Shown: positions 1-17,636 of the stretch, in pieces
How positions within the stretch are numbered: position 1 is the stretch's first letter
Layout: each line of letters begins with the position of its first letter
Assembly (NCBI RefSeq): GCF_009914755.1
Contig: NC_060946.1
Strand: one strand, 5' to 3'
Length of the DNA: 64,000 nt
From: the human T2T-CHM13v2.0 reference genome, Homo sapiens
Made by a program: the position numbers and the translations under genes
Notes under the pieces: model-generated
Seen by the model: only the letters and a program-made list of their open reading frames with translations
Database searches by the model: none
Told to the model about the DNA's origin: nothing

Positions 1-14
1 TAAAAAAAAAAATT

Positions 15-2408
<2,394 letters not shown>

Positions 2409-2419
2409 TTGGGGATGGG

Positions 2420-2840
2420 CTCCATTAAATGGTTCTGTCTTGACATCTTTTATGCGATAAAAGCTGGAATAGTAGGGGTATGGAAAGCTGGGAGCTGGCT
2501 GGATCGATCTCTCTCTCTTAAGGTAATCTCAGGGTTTATCCATGTGGATTACCTTTGTGGATCAGTTTGTAGCTGCCTCAAGGCAGTTGTACTGCTTACA
2601 TGACAGCTCAGTACTCCAGCTCAAGTGTTCAAGTGAGCAAGGTGGAAGTTGCATTTTCTTTTCTGACCTCGAGTTATATATCATCACTTCTGCATTCTGC
2701 TACTGACAAGGATGTCACAAACCTGCCTAGATTCAAAGGGAGGGGAATTAGACTCATCTCTTCATGGATGAATGACAAAATTACAGAAAACCATGTGGAA
2801 CAGCTGGTATTGTTAGACAGCTTTGAAAACACAATCTGAC
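2420..2840 (-). mobile_element. MLT1-type MaLR LTR remnant
   Basis: cttacatgacagctcag, catcacttctg, cctgcctagattcaaagggagggga motifs. Confidence 0.5.
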
Positions 2841-3189
2841 ACATCCTCTTTATCTCTCTTAATGCTTTTTGCCAACGATTATTTGATCTAATTTTTTTTT
2901 TTTTAAGATGGAGTCTCAGTCCGTCGCCCAGGCTGGAGTGCAGTGGTGCGATCTCAGCTCACAGCAGCGTTCGCCTCCTGGGTTCCAGCGATTCTCCTGC
3001 CTCAGCCCCGAGTAGCTGGGATTGCAGGTGTGAACCACCATGTTTGGCTCATTTTTGTATTTTTAATACAGACAGGGTTTCACTATGTTGGCCAGGCTAG
3101 TCTCAAACTCTTGCCCCTCAAGTGATCTGCCTGCCTCAGCCTCCCAAAGTGCTGGGATTACAGGCGTAAGCCACTGCGCCCAGCCTCAT

Positions 3190-4430
<1,241 letters not shown>

Positions 4431-4450
4431 TCTTACTATTACACTAATAG

Positions 4451-4846
<396 letters not shown>

Positions 4847-4878
4847 TGACCACAGTTGGGAACCAATGCTCTAGTTGA

Positions 4879-5254
<376 letters not shown>

Positions 5255-7772
5255 TAAAATATGATTTTAATATATATACACTTTTAATCACTAAAATAGA
5301 TATTTCATATAGAACTAGAGTTGTGTATTTGTTATATTCATTCTTCTCATGCCATCTTCATGCATACAATTTTATTTTTCTCTTTTGGGTTAATTTTTAG
5401 GCTAGTCCTCGCCAAGTCAGCCTAAAACCACCAGAAACAAACCCAGTTGTTGACTTATTCCAATGAGGGAAACCACCCAGCAGAGGAACTATAGTGATCT
5501 GGCTGAACAAAGGGAAAGGTTATTAAAGAATTGAAGGGAAGGGTGGAGTTAGGTGAAGTGTAAAGCAAGCAGTGTTTTGAGGCAAGCAGGCTCCAAGTAT
5601 CACAGGGCTGTGTATGAAGGGTCCGCTTCAGGTCTGGACGGCAAAGTGGACCTAGAGTCTTGTTTCCTTGGAAACTACAAAGTTAAGAAAAATGTGGAAT
5701 GCTGAGTCCAGAAACACCTTATCTGAGACTGCTTGTCTGTGTCAAAATGACATAGCTCTTTTAGGCAACAGTGGGATGTTCTGTTCTTACTAATAGGATA
5801 TCAAACAGCAAATTTCTGATTGCTTGTGCTTTTAGGGGGAAAAATATAAATAATCAGTAAAAAAAGTAGTAGTCACCCAAATAGCTGTAGCATGCATGGC
5901 CTTGATAGAAATGTTTCCTGTTGGCCAGGCGCGCTGGCTCATGCCTGTAATCCCAATACTTCGGGAGGCTGAGGCAGGCAGATCACTTGAGGTCAGGAGT
6001 CCGAGACCAACCTGGCCAACAGGGTGAAACCCTGTCTCTACTAAAAATACAAAAATTAGCTGGGGGTGGTGGCGCATGCCTGTGATGTCAGCTACTCAAG
6101 AGGTTGAGGCAGGAGAATCGCTTGAACCCGGGAGGAGGGTGTAGTGAGCCGAGATCATGCCATTGCACTCCAGCCTGGGCAACGAGTGAGACCCTGTCTC
6201 AAAAAAAAAAATAAATAAGAAAAAATAAGAAATGTTTCCTGTTGATGTTGCAGCTGGCTTGCAGCTGGCTTTAGAGGTCCCTGTTATCCCAGTCTAGTGG
6301 GAGCACAGGCAGACTTTTACTTTCTCATTCCAAGCTAGTTTTCACCACAAATAGAAATCTTGATCTGGCCAGGTGCAGTGGTTCATGCCTGTAATCCCAG
6401 CTCTTTGGGAGGCTGAGACAGGAGGATCGCTTGAGCCCAGGAGTTCAAAAATAAAAAAAATAGAAATCCTGATCTAAATGATGTAATCATTTTTGTTTTT
6501 CACATTCCCTGACCACATGACCTGAAATAGCACTACCCCTGACCAGTCACTCTATTTCTTTTTTTAATTTTACTTTATTTTTAGGACAGGGTCTCCTTCT
6601 GTCGCCCAGACTGGAGTGCAGTGGTCTGATCTCAGCTCACTGCAACCTCAGCCTCCTGGGCTCAAGTGATCCTCCCACTTGTAGCCTCTAGATTAGCTGA
6701 GACTTACAGGCACACACCACCATCCCTGGCATTTTTTGGTTTTGTTTGTTTTTTAGAATCAGGGTCTCACCATCTTGCCTAGACTGGTCTCAAACTTGTG
6801 GGCTCAAGCAATCCTCCTGCCTTGGCTTCCCAAAGTGCTGGGATTACAGGCATGAGCCACCAGTATTTCTAATATGTATGGGAAATATGCTGTCTTCCTA
6901 TTCCTACTCCCCCACCCTCTAGCACTGAGTCCAGGTAGGTAGGCAGGGGGGTGTCTCCCTCCTTTACTTCGACACCCTAACTACCTTGGGGATCAGAAGT
7001 GACTCTCTGGAAGGATGCTGCTGCTTCTCACCAGAGGCTGACGATAACGAAGGCTATCCTCCATGGCCACCTCCTCCAGGCTGCCTTCCTGGAAATAGGA
7101 ATCATAATAGTTGTTACTGGAAACAGGCAGAGGGTTGGGGGAGCCAAGGCAGTCCCACCCAGGACCAAGGTGGCTCCATTGCACACACTTCACCATGACT
7201 CCCCTGAAGGTCCAAACGTGCGGTTCTGCGGAAGTTGGGCTCCCCACTGGCCTCCCTCCTTCCTCAGAACCTCCAGGGGTGCTCCTCCTAGTGGCCACAT
7301 CCAGCCTTTCTGACTGGACAACCTATCATTTAAAATTTTCAAGTAGTTCCGTAAACAGACACACGTTGCTGTATTTATTTATGTCAAGGGCTTGGTTTGT
7401 GATAAATCAGGCTCAAAAAGATTGTCTTAAAAGAGTGAACCTTGGCAATTTACCATAAAATAATTGCAATGCAGATTGTGCATGGAAATGATTGGAGATA
7501 TTTTAAGGTCATAGTGTCTTCACAAATTGAGCTGAAAGGGAACTGTTAGGATGATCTTGCCTAACCCTCTCTTCTCACACAGGAAGAACTATTTTAAACT
7601 CGAGAGGTTAAGTGACCTGGCCAAAGTCACACAGCCACCACTAGTTAACTCGTATACATTGATTCTCCTGTGGGGCTGGGCAGATGAGGAATCTTTTGTT
7701 CTCTTCCCTGTTTGCAGAGATTTTTTTTGAGGTTACTTTCCGAGTTCTGGCAAGTACCCCTGCTTCTGGTAG

Positions 7773-8003
<231 letters not shown>

Positions 8004-8169
8004 TAGAGACAGTGTTTCCCCATGTTGCCCAGGCTGGTCTCCAACTCCTGAGCTCAAGTGATCTGCCCGCCTCAGCCTTTCAAAGTGCTAGGATTACAGG
8101 TGTGAGCCACCGTGCCCGGACTTAATCCCATTCTTTAACTTGTTTTGTTTTGTCCTCTCCAGGAGGCTC

Positions 8170-8902
8170 CCAGCCCTTTCGGATTGGTTGAGAAAAGTGG
8201 CCTGGCTGGTCTGGGGCCAGCGGCACCCACCCTCCCCTCAATTGCCCAACTCCCCCCCCCCACCGAACTGCCCAACTCCCCCTCCCCAACTGCCCAACTC
8301 CCCCACCCCCACAATCCCCTCCCGCCACAACTGAGGGAGGCGGTGCTGAAAAACAGCTGACTCCAGCAATGCTGCTCACGTGACCACTGCAGCTGCAGCT
8401 CCCGTTCCACTCCTTGTCCTGGGCTAGGTGGGCACTACCAGGGGCTCCTTTGGTAAGGAGTACCGGGTAGGCACCCGGTCCTGCCAATCCACCACTGGAA
8501 CAGCTGGGGGGACAGCAGACAGGCACGGTCGGACAGACTTGACAGATCAGGCATCAGGCCCTCTGCGCTGGTCCCGGGCTCTTTAAGCAGGAACGTGAAT
8601 GGCCTCAAGATGTCTCACATGGTCCCACTAGCCCTCCTCCTCCCTTTGTTCCTTACCTCCAGGAGGGCTGCTCTGCCCTTCCTTCCTCTGTTCTTTGGCC
8701 TTATGTTCCCCGCCACCACAGACCTTCCCCCGCCCCACCCCTCTGCAGACTTAGCCGTGCATTGCAGGCATGGAGGATTAATCAGTGACAGGAAGCTGCG
8801 TCTCTCGGAGCGGTGACCAGCTGTGGTCAGGAGAGCCTCAGCAGGGCCAGCCCCAGGAGTCTTTCCCGATTCTTGCTCACTGCTCACCCACCTGCTGCTG
8901 CC
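8170..8902. promoter_or_regulatory. TCN2: TATA-less TCN2 promoter / 5' UTR with E-box (TCACGTGA 8376-8383), CCAAT boxes on both strands (ATTGG 8183-8187, CCAAT 8484-8488) and GC/GT boxes
   Basis: Motifs read directly; position immediately upstream of exon 1; no TATA box evident. Confidence 0.75.
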
Positions 8903-8966
8903 ATGAGGCACCTTGGGGCCTTCCTCTTCCTTCTGGGGGTCCTGGGGGCCCTCACTGAGATGTGTG
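8903..8966 (+). CDS. TCN2: Transcobalamin II, coding exon 1 (signal peptide MRHLGAFLFLLGVLGALT-EMC)
   Basis: gccATGa start at 8903; 64 nt; donor G|gtgagt at 8967; translation matches the human TCN2 N-terminus. Confidence 0.98.
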
Positions 8967-9159
8967 GTGAGTAACTCGCCTCTATCCTGTGCCTCTTTCC
9001 TCCTGGGTCCTTAGTGGGGTGGCTAGGGCATAGGATGAGGGAACTTACCTGCCCTTCTAAGCTCCCATAGCAGTTTGGGCTTAGCTGGACCTCAGCATTT
9101 AACACATCCTATTGTGATTGATTATATGTTTGACTCCTCACCAGACAAGATCTCCGTTA

Positions 9160-9310
9160 ATTCAGTCATTCGTTCACACATTCATTCAGCGCATACTGAG
9201 CCTTTTCTGTGTCAGGCCCAGTGTTAGCCTTTGGGGAACGTGCAAAGCATGAGACAAGTCTAATCCCTGCCATCCTAGAGCTTATGTTCTAGGGAAGGGG
9301 GACAGACAAA
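9160..9310 (-). mobile_element. L2 3'-end remnant in TCN2 intron 1
   Basis: cattcattca..ctgagc..ctgtgtcaggc..ccctgccatcctagagcttatgttctag pattern. Confidence 0.6.
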
Positions 9311-9938
9311 AGAAATGGTTAGGTGCTCCCACCTGAAATCTCAGCATTTTGGAAGGCTGAGGCGGGAGGGGAGGATCGCTTGAGCTCAACAGTTCAAGGT
9401 CAGCCTGGGCAACATAGGGAGACCCCATCTCTACAAAAAATAAAAAAAATTAAAAAATAGCTGGGCATGGGGAAGACTTTCTGAAGACCAAGAGGACACA
9501 TGGGAGCTGAAACTCGAAGGAAGAAAAGGAGCTGGCAGGAAAGGAGTGGGGGACACACATTCTAGGCAGCAGGAAGTGAGCCTTCGGAGGTCCTGCCTGC
9601 TCCAGCTCTGTGCCCCAAGGGGTCTCTTGGAGCACAGTCTCCTGGGACCTGTCTATGAGTCTGAGCTTAGAGGCTCAGGGCTGCTCCTTCAGACAGGAGG
9701 CAGAAGGCAGGCTTTGGGAACTTTGGGCCGCCCACGCGCCTTTTCTCCTCCTCTGCACCTAGGATTACGTTGAGCAATACACTTTCACCCCCATGGTCTC
9801 TTGAGACCCTGGGGAAACCCTGAGAGGTGGGTGCAGTCATGTCCAGGTGTCAAGTGAAGAAGTCGAGGGTTGGAGGGGCTGAGTGACCCACTCAGGGTGC
9901 TCCACCTTTTCCAGAGCTTTGCTGAACTTAGTTTTTAG

Positions 9939-10142
<204 letters not shown>

Positions 10143-12439
10143 TAGAGACAGGGTTTCGCCATGTTGCCCAGGCTGGTCTCGAACTCCTGGGCTCAAGTGA
10201 AACTCTTGCGTCGGCCTCCCAAATTGCTGAGATTACAGGCGTGAGCCACCGTGCCCGGCCAGAACTCCAAGCCTCTCATCTGTGTTCCATAAATGCAATC
10301 AGACACCTCAGGTCTGGGCCCAGGAACCCCAGCTCTTGGTTCATGTCCGGACAGTCCCCAGGGGAGTTCTGGGTTCAACCAGCAAGAGCTCTTCCTCCTG
10401 GCTGATCTGGTCCTCAGCCTTGGACAGTTAGTCCATTAACCTGACCCCACAGGAGCCCCAATCCCTTGGGGTCTGGGGAATCTTGAACTGGGGTTTGGGG
10501 TGCAAATATCTGCACTGAGTCACTTAATTGCACCCAGCCTCATTCCTTTATCTGTAAAGTGGGCTAAGAATGCTCCCCTGCCTTCCTCCTCGGTGTAGTA
10601 CAAGGAAGGATCCCATGACACCTGCTCTCCCAGTTTAAAGCTCTATATGTATGTTGTGAAATTGACAGGGATCGCTGCACAAACGCTAATGCAAAGTGGG
10701 CTCCTGTGCTTCCTTTTCTCTTTCTTCTTCTTTTTTTTTTTTTTAATTTTCTTCTAGAGATGAGGTCTCACTATATTGCCCAGGGTTGGTTTCAAACTCC
10801 TAGGGTCAAGCGATCCTCCCACCTTGGCCTCCCAAACTGCTGGTATTACAGGCGTGAGCCACTCTGTCTGGCTCCTGTGCTTGTGAATGTCAACAGCAAT
10901 CAGCCCTTAGCTGGCAGGGCTGGGTTGGTAGGGCGAGAGCTCACCCAAGGCTGCTTTTATTACCCTGCGTGAATCTGCCTGGCCCCTTCCTTCTAAGGAG
11001 GTTGCTCTGTGGTTGTCAGTCTCTCCCTTTACAGCTGGATCCTGATCTTTCAGTTTCTAACCCTGTGCTGACTCATCGTGCTGGAAGTGAGAGCCCGGGG
11101 TGAGGTCAGGGAACTCCCTTGCGCGTTTCAAGAAAAGGGAAAAGGAAAGAGAGGTGAGGAGGGGCAGATGACCAGAGAGACACAGGCTGAGAGAGACTGA
11201 GACAGACCCAGAGAGCCTCACACATTGAGTGACAGAGACGGAGAAATGGAGATAGGCACCAAAAAATGGTTCTCAGTGACAGAAAGGGAAAAAAGCAACC
11301 CCCCAGTCTCTCTTAACATCTGGTGAGAAACCAGCCATGTGCTTTGGTCTGGGCCCACACAGCAAAGGATTATGTAGGGTTTCATGCTGGTGGATGGTCA
11401 CCTTATAGCAACAGGTATCTGGGGCTGTCGGGAAAACAGACACGAGGTTGTGGGACCCAGACCCACAGAGATGGAGCTGTTCTAGGAGCTCTGGTCCTCG
11501 TTCTGGTCCCCTGGGATATGGCACAGTGAAGGCCACCATCAGGCAGCTGGAGCCCAGCAGCAACTGGGAGGCAGTAAACAGGGACCGAAAGTGCAAGGTT
11601 ACCTCCGAGGCAAACTACTCTAAGCTACCCTGTGCTGAGCTCAAGTCCCTTGGAACTATCCCTAAGGCTTCCGCTTCCAGAGTGTTTGAGTATTTTCGTT
11701 GCACAGCTTCGAATAAATCCCACAGCAACAGGTAAACGGCTGCAAGCTGTGACTGTTTTCTAAGAGCTCATCTCACAATCTCAGGTCCTCTTCATTTAAA
11801 CAGAGATGGCAGGAAAGGCGTTATTTTGAGATCTGCATGGAGGAAGTTCACCAGGCAGCCTCAATTCACCAGCTGGAAGTTTGCGTTGTTTGGAAATTTG
11901 ATGTGTAACACGTTCTGCATGTGGGCTGATGTTTTTGTAAACGGGTAGCACACACATTCAGCAGGGCACCAAAGAGCGGGGGCTTTGCAGTTAGGTCCAT
12001 CCTTGGCTCTGCAGCCTTGTGTAAGACATGACACGACTTTGAACTTCTGTTTCCTCTTCTGTGCAAAGCAATGATGACAGTATCTACATCACAGGACTGG
12101 CATGAGGACCAAGTGAGATTGGGCAAGGTGCCCGGGCACACCAGTCTCACTGTCACTGCTGATGGGCAGAGTGGTTGCCTGGCAGTAGCATCCTCTATCT
12201 TCAGCCCACCACCTCTCTTGCTGGCTCACTCCAACTGCTCTTTAGAGATACACGCTTCCCCTCTTTTCTCCTCCCACTGCCTTTCAGTATGGCTGCATTT
12301 CCCCCTGCAAGTTGGTGTGTGCTGGGTGGAGGTGGGGGTGAGGACATGTATTCTCTGGAGAAGGCCCTGGTAACGTCAAAGCACTTCTTTGCTGGTGGCC
12401 TGGCCCTGTGACCTCATTTGTACCATTTTCTTTTCTAAG

Positions 12440-12632
12440 AAATACCAGAGATGGACAGCCATCTGGTAGAGAAGTTGGGCCAGCACCTCTTACCTTGGAT
12501 GGACCGGCTTTCCCTGGAGCACTTGAACCCCAGCATCTATGTGGGCCTACGCCTCTCCAGTCTGCAGGCTGGGACCAAGGAAGACCTCTACCTGCACAGC
12601 CTCAAGCTTGGTTACCAGCAGTGCCTCCTAGG
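12440..12632 (+). CDS. TCN2: Transcobalamin II exon 2 (EIPEMDSHLVEKLGQ...QQCLLG)
   Basis: Acceptor ttttctaag|, donor GG|gtattg; 193 nt; in frame with exons 1 and 3. Confidence 0.98.
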
Positions 12633-12849
12633 GTATTGCCACACTCTCTTTTTCCATGTCTTGCTCCACATACTAAGAGATGGGAAACTTGGGTACTAGT
12701 TTGGGCCTGTCACCACTTTGTGGGCAGACCTTAGGCAAATTTTCTCCATCTATAGAATGGAGGACCTTTGTCCATCTATAGAATGAAGGGGTTGGTTGGA
12801 TTAGATCAGAGATGCTAATGCAAGGCTCCTTTTGCTACTACTGTCCATC

Positions 12850-13437
<588 letters not shown>

Positions 13438-13807
13438 TGAATGAGAGGCGAAGAATCAGCCATGGAGTGCCTCTTTCTCAGACTCCCTCTTGAGAAGTGG
13501 ATGCAGGGGTGGAGAGAAAAGAAGACTAGGCATAGTGGCTCATACCTGTAATCCCAACATTTTGGGAGGCTGAGGCAGGAAGATTGCTTGAGCTCAGGAG
13601 TTTGAGACCAGCCTAGGCAACATAGTGAGACCACATCTCTTAAAAAAAAGAAAAAGAAAAAAAATGAGCCAGGTGTAGTGACTCATGCCTGTGGTCCCCA
13701 CTTCTCCGGAGGCAAAGGTGGGAGGATCTTTTGAGGCTGAGAAATCGAGGCTACAGTGAGCCATGGTGGCACCACTGCACTCCAGCCTGGGAGACAGAGA
13801 GACCCTA

Positions 13808-14232
<425 letters not shown>

Positions 14233-14441
14233 TTATTCTTGAATCTAACTGTTCATCTTTATTAAATATTTGTGGCATACACCTCACAACAACATAGCCA
14301 ACACACCTCCTTTTGGAGCTTTTATCAAAGTTTCCCACTGTTAAGATTTTTTCCCGCTTTGTGATGCGGGTGGGGTGGGTGCTGTAAGCAGGCTTACGGG
14401 GTGGCAGTTTCTCACAAAGGCATTAACTGGCCTTGTCCTAG

Positions 14442-14611
14442 GTCTGCCTTCAGCGAGGATGACGGTGACTGCCAGGGCAAGCCTTCCATGGGCCAGCTGG
14501 CCCTCTACCTGCTCGCTCTCAGAGCCAACTGTGAGTTTGTCAGGGGCCACAAGGGGGACAGGCTGGTCTCACAGCTCAAATGGTTCCTGGAGGATGAGAA
14601 GAGAGCCATTG
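14442..14611 (+). CDS. TCN2: Transcobalamin II exon 3 (SAFSEDDGDCQGKP...EKRAI)
   Basis: Acceptor cctag|, donor G|gtgagc; 170 nt. Confidence 0.98.
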
Positions 14612-14775
14612 GTGAGCAGACACCATCCGCTGGGGGTGGGGAGCAGCTGGGAGGGCTCATCAGATGATATTCTCCAATGAGAATCAGAACTTTGGGTTTT
14701 CTCCCCAGGCGTCTTTCCCACCATCCATTCTGCCCATCTCACTGCCTACGTAGAGGCTCGAACCTGTCCCCATAG

Positions 14776-15169
<394 letters not shown>

Positions 15170-15917
15170 TAGCCACCAAGATTGACTTGATTATCCACCT
15201 TCGGGACAACTGGACAGCCTGCTTATGACTTACGCCATAGTCTGTCTCTACTAGCTCTCCTGCCCTGACTTGACCCAGCATACAACAGCCAGAGCCAGCC
15301 TTTTCAATATAAACCTGATCTTGCTGGCACTGCTTAAACCCTGCAGGGGCCTCGCACTGCTCCATGGCCCAGCCTGTCTACCCTTACCTTCTGCCCAGGC
15401 TGTGCTCATCCATTCTCTGCCTCCCACACACCTGCCCTCTGTGGGCTCCAGCCATACCATCTCTCAACTCATAAGCCAGTTTTTTCATACAGGCTCCCTC
15501 CATCTGGACTGGCTTCCCTGCGTGCAGTTCACTCCTGCTCTACCTTTGGCTCTGCCTCCACCCATCCTCAGCCGTCTCCAGCATTACCTCCTTGGAGAAT
15601 CCTGCCTTGACTTCCCAGCCACCCAAATATCACTACTTGGTCTGCATTCTCGTTGCAATTGCAGTCGCATGAGCAATTGCTGTGGTTGAGGCCCGAACTG
15701 CGCAGTGCCTGTCTGCCATGGGTCTCCTGCTTCCTCTAAGCACAGTGCCTGACACACAGTGAGACCTCAGCACGTATGGGCTGAGGCAATGAAGGAATGA
15801 AGGATCCCATGACCCAAAAGAGCGTGTTGGAAAGTGCAGGCCAGGGTCCCAGGTGCTGGCGGGGCTGGCTGCTGGGTGGGGGCAGAGAGGCAACCCCTCT
15901 GTTTTTTTCCCTCTCAG

Positions 15918-16070
15918 GGCATGATCACAAGGGCCACCCCCACACTAGCTACTACCAGTATGGCCTGGGCATTCTGGCCCTGTGTCTCCACCAGAAGCGG
16001 GTCCATGACAGCGTGGTGGACAAACTTCTGTATGCTGTGGAACCTTTCCACCAGGGCCACCATTCTGTGG
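15918..16070 (+). CDS. TCN2: Transcobalamin II exon 4 ([15 protein letters not shown]...HQGHHSV)
   Basis: Acceptor ctctcag|, donor G|gtgagt; 153 nt; contains His191 (mature His173, the cobalt-ligand His) codon at 16061-16063. Confidence 0.98.
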
Positions 16071-16233
16071 GTGAGTAGGTCAGACCGTGCCAAGGCCAGG
16101 CTGGCACTCCCTCAGTCCCCAGGTCTGCACTGATGACCTCCATACCCTGGCCCCCACACTCACCTTTCCTTGGGGCTCCTCCGAATCAAGTCCTTTAGGG
16201 ACGAATTGGCGAGGGCTCATGGGTGATGCTTCA

Positions 16234-16479
<246 letters not shown>

Positions 16480-16869
16480 TCAAAAAATAAAAAATAAAAT
16501 AAAACTCCCCTAGTGATTCCAATGTGCAGCTAAGTTTGGAAATAGGTGGTATGGGGTCAAGTCCTCTTGGGCCTCCCTCCTCCAGTCCTTCTCCCTAACC
16601 TCTAGCCCTCAAGTTGCAGAGTGATCAGCCAAACCAGTTTGCCCAGAAATGAGCAGTTTCCTGGGACACAGGATTTTCAGAGTCCAGACAAGGAAAGTCT
16701 TGGGCAGACCAGGTTGAGTTGGTGCCCTTAGCTGATCTGACCATGTTGCCCTTCTTCTCCAAGCCCTCCTGTGGTTGTCCATAGCTACAAGGGCCTGACC
16801 CTCAAGCCCCTGCCTGTCCTGGCCCCTTTGGCTCTCCAGCTCATTGCATGTTCTGTCCCCCACTTCAAG

Positions 16870-17042
16870 ACACAGCAGCCATGGCAGGCTTGGCATTCAC
16901 CTGTCTGAAGCGCTCAAACTTCAACCCTGGTCGGAGACAACGGATCACCATGGCCATCAGAACAGTGCGAGAGGAGATCTTGAAGGCCCAGACCCCCGAG
17001 GGCCACTTTGGGAATGTCTACAGCACCCCATTGGCATTACAG
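16870..17042 (+). CDS. TCN2: Transcobalamin II exon 5 (DTAAMAGLAFTC...GHFGNVYSTPLALQ)
   Basis: Acceptor ttcaag|, donor CAG|gtggga; 173 nt; the SVDTAAMAGLAF and FGNVYST motifs are typical of the TC/IF/HC family. Confidence 0.98.
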
Positions 17043-17169
17043 GTGGGAAAGAGACCCTGGAGCCATGGCCACCCTGGGGAACAGTCAGGGGTGGAGTGGT
17101 CAGGTGCTGGAACACCTAGCCCCTCCCTGCCGGCTGACTTCCTCTCTCTCTTCCTCACTCTATCACCAG

Positions 17170-17356
17170 TTCCTCATGACTTCCCCCATGCGTGGGGCAG
17201 AACTGGGAACAGCATGTCTCAAGGCGAGGGTTGCTTTGCTGGCCAGTCTGCAGGATGGAGCCTTCCAGAATGCTCTCATGATTTCCCAGCTGCTGCCCGT
17301 TCTGAACCACAAGACCTACATTGATCTGATCTTCCCAGACTGTCTGGCACCACGAG
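17170..17356 (+). CDS. TCN2: Transcobalamin II exon 6 (FLMTSPMRGAELG...DCLAPR)
   Basis: Acceptor caccag|, donor G|gtagcc; 187 nt; codon 259 = CGT (Arg) at 17191-17193. Confidence 0.98.
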
Positions 17357-17594
17357 GTAGCCCAACTTTTTGTGGAAGCACAGCCCTTTACAATCTGCTG
17401 CGCACCCATTGACGTCCCAGTGAGGGGAGGTTGCTTCATCCTGATTTGCTGAGTCAGCACAAGTTTGTGGGTGTGCATGGGACACAGCAGCCAAAATGTG
17501 GTCATAGCTTCTAGAAGCTCACAGTGTGGGGAGGAAGACAGTAAATGGAGATCCCTGGGCATATCGCTTGTGTGATACCCAGTACAGAAATGTT

Positions 17595-17636
17595 TGGATG
17601 GATGGATGGATGGATGGATGGATGGATGGATGGATG
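17595..17636. repeat. (TGGA)n tetranucleotide microsatellite, ~10 units
   Basis: Read directly. Confidence 0.95.

Noticed and set aside
5395-6360. LTR-like sequence interrupted by an Alu; also an LTR-like 3' end at ~1850-1943
   Set aside because: Probably ERV1-type LTR remnants, but I cannot assign family or boundaries reliably
9043-9051. Perfect antisense splice donor CAG|GTAAGT in TCN2 intron 1
   Set aside because: Single motif with no identifiable exon; chance occurrence is plausible
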